Shown here: one piece after another, positions 33,395-40,615 of the stretch
Layout: every line of letters begins with the position of its first letter
Position numbering within the stretch: position 1 is the first letter of the stretch
Origin: an uncultured Acidobacteriaceae bacterium
GTDB taxonomy: Bacteria > Acidobacteriota > Terriglobia > Terriglobales > Acidobacteriaceae
Length of the DNA stretch: 64,000 nucleotides
Direction of reading: 5' to 3'
NCBI GenBank assembly: GCA_963749985.1
Contig: CAVVOS010000006.1
Location: 429,590 to 493,589, forward strand
Notes under the pieces: model-generated
What the model saw: the letters and a program-made list of their open reading frames with translations, nothing else
Told to the model about the DNA's origin: nothing
Databases searched by the model: none
Program-made: the position numbers and the translations under genes

Positions 33395-33483
33395 AGCATC
33401 CAGCTGAGGCGTCGCGCGACGCAAGGGATTTACGCGCGTCCATGCGGCTTCGCTCAGGGTGGGTTTGCTACAATCACCTTATT

Positions 33484-34653
33484 ATGGGGCTGCAAACGTC
33501 ATTTGCGGATGTGCCGACGGCGATCGAGGAGATCCGCGCGGGGCGGATGATTGTGGTTGTGGACGACGAGGATCGCGAGAACGAAGGCGATATCACGCTG
33601 GCGGCGGAGAAGGTGACTCCGGAAGCGATCAACTTCATGGCCAAGTATGGGCGCGGGCTGGTGTGCCTGGCGATGACGGAGGAGCGGCTGGATCATCTGC
33701 GGCTGGGGCCGATGAGCGCGGAGAATACTTCGCAATATGGGACGGCGTTTTGCGAGGCGATTGATGCGCGGGCGGGAGTGACGACGGGGATATCGGCATT
33801 CGACCGGGCGAGGACGATTCAGGTGGCGATTGATCCGGCGACGAAGGCAACGGATTTGGCGCGGCCGGGGCATGTGTTTCCGCTGCGCGCACGAAAGGGC
33901 GGGGTGCTGGTGCGGGCGGGGCAGACGGAAGCGTCGGTGGACCTGGCGCGGCTGGCGGGATTGATTCCGGCAGGAATTATTTGCGAGATCATGAAAGATG
34001 ACGGGACCATGGCGCGGGTTCCTGACCTGATCGAGTTCTGCGGGCAGCATGGAATGAAGATGCTGACGGTGGCGGAGCTGATTCGGTATCGCATGGCGCA
34101 TGAGAGGTATGTGCATCGCGTGGGTGAGGCGCTGGTGGAGACGCGGTTTGGGGAGTTTCGGCTGATCGCGTATGAAAGCGAAGTGGATGGTGGAGAGTCG
34201 CATGTGGCGTTGATTCGCGGCGACGTGGAAAATAGCGAATCCGCGGTGCTGGTGCGCATGCATGCGCATTGCCTGATGGGCGACGTGTTTGGAGCGACGG
34301 GGTGCGAATGTCATGCGACGCTGGAAGGGTCGTTGCGGCGGATTGCGCAGGAGGGACGCGGGGCGCTGATCTATCTGCATCAGACGTCGCAGGGATTTTC
34401 GGTGGAAAAAGTTGGGGAGCGCAGCGGGCTTACGTTTCACAAGGGGCGGAAACTGCCGGCGTTACTCGACAACGAAAGGCAGACGCAGCGGGAAATTGGA
34501 ATTGGGGCGCAGATTTTGTCGGATCTGAATCTGCGGAGAATTCGGTTGCTCACGAACCGTCCGAAACGGGTGGCGGCGCTGGAAGGATTTGGGATTGAGA
34601 TTGTGGATCAGGTGCCGGTGGAGTTGAGCGGAGTGCGGGCGGGAAAGAGCTGA
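33484..34653 (+). CDS. ribBA: Bifunctional 3,4-dihydroxy-2-butanone-4-phosphate synthase / GTP cyclohydrolase II
   Basis: Start at [36 protein letters not shown] (RibB). The C-terminal half has the RibA Cys motif ([16 protein letters not shown]). Confidence 0.93.
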   Translation: MGLQTSFADVPTAIEEIRAGRMIVVVDDEDRENEGDITLAAEKVTPEAINFMAKYGRGLVCLAMTEERLDHLRLGPMSAENTSQYGTAFCEAIDARAGVTTGISAFDRARTIQVAIDPATKATDLARPGHVFPLRARKGGVLVRAGQTEASVDLARLAGLIPAGIICEIMKDDGTMARVPDLIEFCGQHGMKMLTVAELIRYRMAHERYVHRVGEALVETRFGEFRLIAYESEVDGGESHVALIRGDVENSESAVLVRMHAHCLMGDVFGATGCECHATLEGSLRRIAQEGRGALIYLHQTSQGFSVEKVGERSGLTFHKGRKLPALLDNERQTQREIGIGAQILSDLNLRRIRLLTNRPKRVAALEGFGIEIVDQVPVELSGVRAGKS

Positions 34654-34696
34654 GGGTGGCCGGGTTTGATTTCTAGGTGGCGAGAAACAGCGGGTT

Positions 34697-34752
34697 CCTC
34701 CACTCCGCATTCCGTTGCCTACGGCAACGAAATGCTCCGGTCGGAATGACAG
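34697..34752. repeat. GTCATYC-family REP (reverse orientation)
   Basis: CCTCCACTCCGCATTCCGTTGCCTACGGCAACGAAATGCTCCGGTCGGAATGACAG, with internal hairpin CGTTGCC-TAC-GGCAACG. Confidence 0.85.
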
Positions 34753-34774
34753 TTGATATGGGATGAACCGTTCG

Positions 34775-35038
34775 CTAGAACGGTTTGCGGACGACGACTT
34801 CGCTCTCGCGAATGAAAAACTGGGCGGAACATTGCTCGGAGCCGCAGATGACGGGGACGAGGCCGCTGATTTGGCGGCGGGTGATGAGGCCCAGCATGCC
34901 GCAGGATGGACAGGCGAGCACGGCCCAGTAGGGGTCTTCTTTTTCGCCGACTTCGCCGGCGTTCTCGAGCACAAAGACGGTTCCGGGCTGCATTTGTTCC
35001 GGGATCCACTCATTGAGGATGTCCAGTTCGCCGACCAT
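34775..35038 (-). CDS. Small hypothetical protein with CxxC...C..C zinc-ribbon-like motif
   Basis: 87 aa. AAGGGGGAA upstream of the ATG. ...ACPSCGMLGLITRRQISGLVPVICGSEQC... Confidence 0.5.
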   Translation of the reverse strand: MVGELDILNEWIPEQMQPGTVFVLENAGEVGEKEDPYWAVLACPSCGMLGLITRRQISGLVPVICGSEQCSAQFFIRESEVVVRKPF

Positions 35039-35082
35039 GTGTTCCCCCTTGTGAAGCGCTTTCTGAACGCAACCTTTTGTGC

Positions 35083-35556
35083 CTAAGAAACCTTTCTAGC
35101 ACGCCGACGCTGAATCGACGATGTTACGGAGGTACTCGCTTTCCTTGCGATGACATCGGCGCGCACCTGGCGGACCGCGTCGCTGAGGCAAATTCCCAAA
35201 ATGGGCTGGCTGGAATTTCGCAGAATGTCGACGATTTGGCGGGCCGAGGTTTCGAGATAGAGATGGGTGCCGTCGGTGAGCAGGTGAACGTCGGAGTTGC
35301 GGCCGACGATTTCGGCGAGGCCTTTGCCGAGCTCGCGCTCGAGGTAACGCATGACCTTGCGGACTCCCTGCAGGGAAAAACCTTTGCGGCGCAACTCGCA
35401 GATGACGGCGATTTCGGTGAGGTTTTCGATGGAATAAAGACGGCGATGGCCCTGACGCTGGGGCTTGACGACTCCGCGCTCGTCCCACCACTGGAGCTGG
35501 CGGGCGGTGATGCCGGTTAAGGCGATTACGTCGTGTGATGGAAAGCTATCTGGCAT
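35083..35556 (-). CDS. MerR-family transcriptional regulator
   Basis: HTH: VIALTGITARQLQWWDERGVVKPQRQGHRRLYSIENLTEIAVICELRRKGFSLQGV. Confidence 0.85.
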   Translation of the reverse strand: MPDSFPSHDVIALTGITARQLQWWDERGVVKPQRQGHRRLYSIENLTEIAVICELRRKGFSLQGVRKVMRYLERELGKGLAEIVGRNSDVHLLTDGTHLYLETSARQIVDILRNSSQPILGICLSDAVRQVRADVIARKASTSVTSSIQRRRARKVS

Positions 35557-35569
35557 TCTTACCCGTTTC

Positions 35570-35632
35570 TGTTTGAAACAATCTGCGTGCTCAATGTTTC
35601 AAACATTTTAGACATGAGTGGGTGGGTGTCAA
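35570..35632 (-). promoter_or_regulatory. Candidate sigma70-like promoter and inverted-repeat operator upstream of the MerR gene
   Basis: On the minus strand: TTGACA (35632-35627), 16-nt spacer, TAAAAT (35610-35605), then inverted repeat TGTTTGAAACA (35605-35595) / TGTTTCAAACA (35580-35570) in the 5' leader. Confidence 0.35.
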
Positions 35633-35677
35633 CGAAGAATCGGCGGGGAGGGGGTAACTAGAAGAGTGCGGGGAGGG

Positions 35678-35721
35678 GATTTAGTAATTTGGTAATTTTG
35701 TAATTGGGTAATTTGAAAAGC
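35678..35721. repeat. AT-rich GTAATTT-heptad element (solo arm)
   Basis: GATTTAGTAATTTGGTAATTTTGTAATTGGGTAATTTGAAAAGC. Confidence 0.9.
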
Positions 35722-35770
35722 TGAAGGCCAAAGAGCTTCACCACAGTCGGACAGCCGGGTAGGCGCGGGC

Positions 35771-35803
35771 AAACACCAGGTCCCTCGCTGCGCTCGGGAT
35801 GAC
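35771..35803. repeat. GTCATYC-family REP (reverse orientation)
   Basis: AAACACCAGGTCCCTCGCTGCGCTCGGGATGAC. Confidence 0.8.
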
Positions 35804-35816
35804 AATCTGTTCTGGT

Positions 35817-36041
35817 TTACGCTGGCCTGCCACCGCCTACGAAGTGGACGATTTCGAGGCGGTCGCCGTCTTTCAGCAGGGTTTCGGGCCAGCGGTCGCG
35901 GGGGACGATGGCGCGGTTGAGTTCGACGGCGACGCGGTCGGACTGCATGGCGAGGGATTCGATCAGGGCTGCGAGGGTGAATGGGGCGGGAGGCGCGGGG
36001 TCTGGGAAGGTGCGGGGTTCGTCGTTGATGTGGAGGTTCAT
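35817..36041 (-). CDS. thiS: ThiS/MoaD-like sulfur carrier protein with 3-aa extension past the Gly-Gly
   Basis: MNLHINDEPRTF...VAVELNRAIVPRDRWPETLLKDGDRLEIVHFVGGGRPA*. ThiS-like throughout, but it ends GGG-RPA. Confidence 0.6.
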   Translation of the reverse strand: MNLHINDEPRTFPDPAPPAPFTLAALIESLAMQSDRVAVELNRAIVPRDRWPETLLKDGDRLEIVHFVGGGRPA

Positions 36042-36093
36042 GGGACGCGGGATGCCGCATGAAATCGGCTTAGATCAGTTTAGCAGTTGCCTT

Positions 36094-36136
36094 CCCACTT
36101 CTCGCGCAAAGGGCGCGCGAGAAATGGGGCACCCGG
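36094..36136. repeat. REP (CCACTTCTCGCG...GGGGCACCCGG type)
   Basis: CCCACTTCTCGCGCAAAGGGCGCGCGAGAAATGGGGCACCCGG. Confidence 0.85.
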
Positions 36137-36263
36137 CATTCTCTCATGAGCCGCGCTACGCTTGGCTGGACAGCCGAGGCGGCTGTCCCTACATGGTCCA
36201 TCTCCCTACATGGTGCGGGTGTGGCTTCCGACAAAAATGCCGCCGCGCTACGCAGATCGATGA

Positions 36264-36848
36264 TTACTCGGTTTTGCGGAGGGCGAATTTGCGGGTGGCG
36301 GTGCGGCCTTCGTGGGTGGCTTGGACGAGGACGGAGGAGTCGGACAGGACGGACTCTTCGACTTCGATGGAGATGCCGGCGCTGCCGGCGGCGTCGGTGA
36401 CGGCCTGGGTATAGAAAGGAGCGGCGTCGGGACGAGCGAAACGGAAGATGAGGCGAGCCCCGGGGACGGCGGTGCCGGATTCGGTGACGCGGAGTTGCAT
36501 GGTCAGGCTGCGATCGGCGAGGACGGAGGCGGCGTTCACCCATTCGACTTCCAACTGCTTGATGGTGGCCAGAACTTCGGATTCGGCGTGGTCGAGGACG
36601 GCCTCCAACTTGCCTTCGCGAATGGCTTCCAGGACCAGGCGATGCTGGTCGCGGAGTTGCTGCTCTTTTTGGGGATCGCCGAAACCGGCCTGGGTGGCGG
36701 AGGTGGCATAGGAGACCGCCTTCTTGCCGACGCAGCGGCCGCGGACGAAGACCTGGGTCTGGAGCAGTTTTTCGCTCTCGCGGGCCTCACTTTGCACGTG
36801 GTAGATGGTGTCGCCGTGCTTGACGTCGGTATTGAAGCCAAAAATCAT
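36264..36848 (-). CDS. Hypothetical protein
   Basis: 194 aa with a coherent, non-repetitive sequence and an Ig-like beta-rich C-terminal half. No family recognised. Confidence 0.55.
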   Translation of the reverse strand: MIFGFNTDVKHGDTIYHVQSEARESEKLLQTQVFVRGRCVGKKAVSYATSATQAGFGDPQKEQQLRDQHRLVLEAIREGKLEAVLDHAESEVLATIKQLEVEWVNAASVLADRSLTMQLRVTESGTAVPGARLIFRFARPDAAPFYTQAVTDAAGSAGISIEVEESVLSDSSVLVQATHEGRTATRKFALRKTE

Positions 36849-36880
36849 TTTGTAATTTGGTAATTTTGTAATTTGGTAAA
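36849..36880. repeat. AT-rich GTAATTT-heptad element
   Basis: TTTGTAATTTGGTAATTTTGTAATTTGGTAAA fills the whole spacer between the start of 36264..36848 and the stop of 36881..37237. Confidence 0.9.
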
Positions 36881-37237
36881 TTAACCAGCTCGTCGCGCTG
36901 TGTGCTGAGACGCTGTGAAAATCGCACTCGGTTCACGCGCTTCTTTCAAAATGTCTTCGCAACGCTTAACGGGCACGATTTCACAGTCTGACAGCATTTC
37001 CAGCCAGAAGACAGTTTCGTCCGCCTCCTCTACCACCAGTCCGATTTTAGCAATCCACTCGGCACGCGATCTTCCTCTGCATGCAGCTCGATAGTTCGCC
37101 GCGACCGACGTGCCACAACGAAGCAACTGCTTGCCCACAACCTGCGCGTCGGCTGTGTGGGGCAGCGAGCGGTAAAGTCTAACAATCCGAATTGCAAAGG
37201 TCTTCGTCCGGTCACGCAAATCCTCGGGTGTCGACAT
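36881..37237 (-). CDS. Four-helix-bundle protein (23S rRNA intervening-sequence protein / Avd-like family), copy 1
   Basis: 118 aa. LRDRTKTFAIRIVRLYRSLPHTADAQVVGKQLLRCGTSVAANYRAACRGRSRAEWIAKIGLVVEEADETVFWLEML. Confidence 0.85.
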   Translation of the reverse strand: MSTPEDLRDRTKTFAIRIVRLYRSLPHTADAQVVGKQLLRCGTSVAANYRAACRGRSRAEWIAKIGLVVEEADETVFWLEMLSDCEIVPVKRCEDILKEAREPSAIFTASQHTARRAG

Positions 37238-37249
37238 GGGAGAAGTCTA

Positions 37250-37284
37250 ATCTTGTAATTTGGTAATTTAGTAATTTGAAAAAC
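37250..37284. repeat. AT-rich GTAATTT-heptad element
   Basis: TCTTGTAATTTGGTAATTTAGTAATTTGAAAAACC. Confidence 0.9.
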
Positions 37285-37409
37285 CTGGACACCCTGAGCT
37301 TACAACGTTTGGGCGGGTATCTGGGTTCGAATTTCAATCACCCGATTACGCGATCAGACGGTTGCTGAATTTTTCCTTTCCCGAATCTGCAAAATGACGC
37401 GTCCTTCCC

Positions 37410-37439
37410 TTGACACTGTTGCGCACCAGCCCCTAATCT
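37410..37439 (+). promoter_or_regulatory. Candidate promoter of the nuo operon
   Basis: TTGACA (37410-37415), 18-nt spacer, TAATCT (37434-37439), about 45 nt upstream of the nuoA start. Confidence 0.25.
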
Positions 37440-37484
37440 AGAATGTTTAATCAGTGCTGGCGCGAATTATATATATCCCATCCT

Positions 37485-37880
37485 ATGCCCGACAATTATT
37501 TCGCTGGCTACCTGCCGTTTCTGATCCACATTCTGCTGGCGGGCGGGATTGCGACTGCCATTATTGTGCTTTCCTGGCTGATCGGGCAGCGAAAACCGAC
37601 GCGGGCCAAGATGTCGGCGTATGAGTGCGGGATGACGCCGGTGGGCGACTCGCGAGGGCGCTTCTCGGTGCAGTTCTACATGGTAGCTATGCTGTTCATT
37701 CTGTTCGACGTAGAGGCGGTTTTCCTGTATCCCTGGGCGGTAATTCTGCGCGATCTGAAGCATTTCGGGCTGTGGGAGATGCTGGTGTACATCGGGATTG
37801 TTCTGGTGGGCTTCTTCTATATATGGAAGAAGGGCGTGCTGGAATGGGGCCCGGCGAAGGCGCGGAGGGGGGAACTCTGA
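37485..37880 (+). CDS. nuoA: NADH-quinone oxidoreductase subunit A
   Basis: Start at MPDNYFAGYLPFL. SAYECGM...FYMVAMLFILFDVEAVFLYPWA. Confidence 0.92.
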   Translation: MPDNYFAGYLPFLIHILLAGGIATAIIVLSWLIGQRKPTRAKMSAYECGMTPVGDSRGRFSVQFYMVAMLFILFDVEAVFLYPWAVILRDLKHFGLWEMLVYIGIVLVGFFYIWKKGVLEWGPAKARRGEL

Positions 37881-38377
37881 TGCCTTTGGCGCCCGCGATC
37901 ACGGATGTGGAGGAACTGAAGGGTCATCCGGCGGTGGCTTGTCTGCTGGCGTGGAATGCGGCGGCGGTGACGGGAGTGAAGTTCGATCGGGAAGAGATGA
38001 CGATCTGGGTTGATCGGGCAAACATTCGCGAGGCGTGCGCGATTCTGCGGGACGATGCGGAATGCGTGTTCAATTTCCTTTCCGACGTGACTTGTGTGGA
38101 CTGGTATCCGGCGGAGCCCAGGTTTGAAGTGGTCTACCACCTGCTTTCGATTCCCAAGAAAGAACGGGTACGGCTGAAAGTGCGGCTGGATAGTGCGAGT
38201 CCGGCGGTGGAGTCGCTGACCTCGATTTGGCCGGGGGCGAATTATTTCGAGCGCGAAGTGTTTGACCTGTTCGGGATCCGGTTTAACGGGCATCCTTATA
38301 TGAGGCGGATTCTGATGCCGGAGGATTGGGAAGGCCATCCGCTGCGGAAAGATTATCCGGTGGAGGGCTACCGCTAG
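37880..38377 (+). CDS. nuoC: NADH-quinone oxidoreductase subunit C
   Basis: ATG overlaps the nuoA stop (TGATG). WPGANYFEREVFDLFGIRFNGHP...DWEGHPLRKDYP. Confidence 0.93.
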   Translation: MPLAPAITDVEELKGHPAVACLLAWNAAAVTGVKFDREEMTIWVDRANIREACAILRDDAECVFNFLSDVTCVDWYPAEPRFEVVYHLLSIPKKERVRLKVRLDSASPAVESLTSIWPGANYFEREVFDLFGIRFNGHPYMRRILMPEDWEGHPLRKDYPVEGYR

Positions 38378-38383
38378 TTCGCT

Positions 38384-39589
38384 ATGGCCCATCTAGCTCC
38401 CACACCTGTTCTTGAGCCCGGCCAGGATCGGACCATGATCCTGAACATGGGGCCGCAGCATCCGTCGACGCACGGGGTGCTGCGGGTTCTGCTGGAAATT
38501 GATGGCGAAACCATTGTGCGGATCATGCCGGATATCGGCTTTCTGCATACGGGGATCGAGAAGACCTGCGAGGCCAAGTTTTATCAGCAAGTGGTGCCGC
38601 TGACCGACCGCATCGACTACCTGTGTCCGATGACCAACAATCTGTGCTACGTGCTGGCGGTAGAAAAGCTGCTGGGGCTGGAGATTCCGCCGAAGGCACA
38701 GTGGATGCGGGTGCTGATGAACGAGTTGACGAGGATCAACTCACACCTGGTGTGGCTGGGCACGCATGCGATGGATATTGGGGCGCTGACGGTGTTCTTG
38801 TATTGCTTCCGGGAGCGCGAAGAAGTGCTGAAGATGTTCGAGATGATCAGCGGACAGCGCATGATGACCTCGTACTTTCGAGTGGGAGGGATTGCGCTGG
38901 AGCCGCCGCTGGGATTCTTTGAGAGGGTGCGGGAGTTTGCGGGACGCTTTCCGGAGAAGGTGGATGAATACGAAAACCTGCTGACGGGAAATCCGATCTT
39001 TCTGATGCGCACCAAGGGCGTGGCCAAGCTGAGCGCGGAAGATGCGATTGCGTTGGGCGCGACTGGGCCGACGCTGCGCGGGAGCGGAGTGGACATCGAC
39101 CTGCGGCGGGATATGCCGTACTCGGGCTATGAGAACTTTAAGTTCAAAGTGCCGGTGGCGCAGGAAGGCGACGTTTTCGCGCGGTACATGTGCCGCGTGC
39201 TGGAGTTGCGGGAGTCGATTGAAATTGTGAAGCAGGCGCTGGATGGTATGCCGGAAGGGCCGATCAAGGCCGACGCTCCGGGCATTGTGCTGCCCCACCG
39301 GGAGAAGATGAAGACGCAGATGGAAGCGCTCATCTACCACTTTAAGATTATTACGGAAGGCTTTGCGGTGCCGGCGGGCGAGGTGTATCAGGCGGTGGAA
39401 TCGCCGCGCGGCGAGATGGGCTACTACATCGTGAGCGATGGGACGGCGAAGCCTTATCGAGTACACATGCGGGCCGCGTGCTTCGCGAATCTGCAGACGT
39501 TGGCCAAGATGTGCGAAGGCGGGCTGATTGCAGATGTGGTTGCGGCTATCGGATCGATTGATATCGTGCTGGGAGAGATCGACCGGTGA
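38384..39589 (+). CDS. nuoD: NADH-quinone oxidoreductase subunit D
   Basis: LNMGPQHPSTHGVLRVLLEIDGE...IDYLCPMTNN...SPRGEMGYYIVSDG. Confidence 0.96.
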   Translation: MAHLAPTPVLEPGQDRTMILNMGPQHPSTHGVLRVLLEIDGETIVRIMPDIGFLHTGIEKTCEAKFYQQVVPLTDRIDYLCPMTNNLCYVLAVEKLLGLEIPPKAQWMRVLMNELTRINSHLVWLGTHAMDIGALTVFLYCFREREEVLKMFEMISGQRMMTSYFRVGGIALEPPLGFFERVREFAGRFPEKVDEYENLLTGNPIFLMRTKGVAKLSAEDAIALGATGPTLRGSGVDIDLRRDMPYSGYENFKFKVPVAQEGDVFARYMCRVLELRESIEIVKQALDGMPEGPIKADAPGIVLPHREKMKTQMEALIYHFKIITEGFAVPAGEVYQAVESPRGEMGYYIVSDGTAKPYRVHMRAACFANLQTLAKMCEGGLIADVVAAIGSIDIVLGEIDR

Positions 39590-39633
39590 GGAATTTGTAA
39601 TTTTGTAATCGGGTAATTTGTAAATTGAAAAGC
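39590..39633. repeat. AT-rich heptad element, left arm of cassette 2
   Basis: GGAATTTGTAATTTTGTAATCGGGTAATTTGTAAATTGAAAAGC. Begins at the nuoD stop. Confidence 0.9.
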
Positions 39634-39646
39634 GGGCGGTGATCAG

Positions 39647-40006
39647 ATGTCCACCGGGCCCCAAGAATTGCGTGATCGAACGAAGGCTTTTGCTGTTCGA
39701 ATCGTGAGGCTTTATCGATCGCTGCCACACACCGCCGACTCGCAGGTGGTCGGCAAACAGTTGTTGCGCTGCGGCACCGCGGTTGCGGCAAATTATCGAG
39801 CAGCTTGTCGAGGACGTTCGCGCGCAGAATGGCTTGCCAAGATCGGTTTGGTGGTGGAAGAAGCGGATGAGACGGTGTTTCGGCTGGAAATGCTTTCGGA
39901 CTGCGATATCGTGAAGGGTGAGGGCTGCAAGGATATTTTGAAGGAAGCGCATGAGTTGAGTGCGATTTTTACCGCGTCTCAGCACACGGCGCGGAAGGCA
40001 AGTTGA
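39647..40006 (+). CDS. Four-helix-bundle protein (23S rRNA IVS / Avd-like family), copy 2
   Basis: 119 aa. Highly similar by eye (most positions identical) to copy 1: LRDRTKAFAVRIVRLYRSLPHTADSQVVGKQLLRCGTAVAANYRAACRGRSRAEWLAKIGLVVEEADETVF. Confidence 0.88.
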   Translation: MSTGPQELRDRTKAFAVRIVRLYRSLPHTADSQVVGKQLLRCGTAVAANYRAACRGRSRAEWLAKIGLVVEEADETVFRLEMLSDCDIVKGEGCKDILKEAHELSAIFTASQHTARKAS

Positions 40007-40035
40007 ATTACAAATTACCGATTACCGAATTACAA
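40005..40035. repeat. AT-rich heptad element, right arm of cassette 2 (inverted)
   Basis: GAATTACAAATTACCGATTACCGAATTACAA. Reverse-complement type of the left arm. It ends at the nuoE ATG. Confidence 0.9.
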
Positions 40036-40509
40036 ATGAGATTTTCGGACGAATTCGAGGCGCGGTTTGCGGAGATGGTGCCACATTATCCGACCAAGCG
40101 GTCGGCGCTGGTGCCGACTCTGCTTTATGCGCAGGATGAAGTTGGATTTTTGTCCGATGAGGTGATCGCGGAGCTGGCGGGGCGGCTTGAATTGACGGAA
40201 CTCGAAGTGCGGAACGTGATCAGCTATTACTCGATGCTGACCACGAAGCCGCGCGGGAAATTTAATGTGCAGGTTTGTACGAATATCAGTTGCCTGGTGC
40301 GGGGCGGCGAGGACATTTTGCGCCACTGCGCGAAGAAGTTGGGGGTTGGCCACAAAGGAACGACTCCTGACGGTATGTTTACGCTCGAAGAGGTGGAATG
40401 CATTGGGGCGTGCAGTTGGGCTCCGGCGGCGCAGGTGAACTACGATTTTCATGAGAACCTGAGCGTGGAGAAGATGGACAAGATCCTGGAGGACTATCGA
40501 CGTGGTTAA
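40036..40509 (+). CDS. nuoE: NADH-quinone oxidoreductase subunit E
   Basis: Start at MRFSDEFEARF (the earlier codons of the track ORF are repeat sequence). VCTNISCLVRGG...ECIGACSWAP (2Fe-2S ligands). Confidence 0.93.
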   Translation: MRFSDEFEARFAEMVPHYPTKRSALVPTLLYAQDEVGFLSDEVIAELAGRLELTELEVRNVISYYSMLTTKPRGKFNVQVCTNISCLVRGGEDILRHCAKKLGVGHKGTTPDGMFTLEEVECIGACSWAPAAQVNYDFHENLSVEKMDKILEDYRRG

Positions 40510-40615
40510 GGAATTTGTAATTTGGTAATCGGGTAATTTTGTAACTTAAGAACCGGACGGAGTCAGGGGCCGACGGGTTTCAAATTACAAATTTACCCGA
40601 TTACAAAATTACAAA
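40510..40615. repeat. Gene-less inverted pair of AT-rich heptad arms
   Basis: GGAATTTGTAATTTGGTAATCGGGTAATTTTGTAACTT (40510-40547), a 31-nt GC-rich centre, then TTCAAATTACAAATTTACCCGATTACAAAATTACAAA (40579-40615). This fills the nuoE-nuoF spacer exactly. Confidence 0.92.

Noticed and set aside
33290-33483. Possible FMN (RFN) riboswitch upstream of ribBA.
   Set aside because: The leader is occupied by a GTCATYC-type REP. I could not find the conserved RFN core (AGGGCGGGGTGAAATTCCC...ACAGT.TAGTCTGGATG-like segments).
36042-36263. Possible TPP riboswitch upstream of the ThiS-like gene.
   Set aside because: There is no CTGAGA / ACCTGATCTGGATAATGCCAGCG-type core. The region is a CCACTTCTCGCG...GGGGCACCCGG REP plus unremarkable sequence.
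37625-37879. Hidden nuoB in the N-terminal extension of track ORF 37625..38377.
   Set aside because: This part overlaps nuoA in another frame. Its translation (MRDDAGGRLARALLGAV...) has none of the NuoB motifs (CCxxE, GxCP). The NuoC similarity starts at the ATG at 37880.
40003-40035. Longer nuoE start (MNYKLPITELQ...), and similar extensions for tadB (13841), nuoN (50259), ribBA (33388) and the DAHP synthase (52346).
   Set aside because: The extensions are encoded by repeat elements or by the 3' end of the preceding gene. The internal starts give canonical N-termini, RBS or coupling overlaps (ATGA/TGATG).
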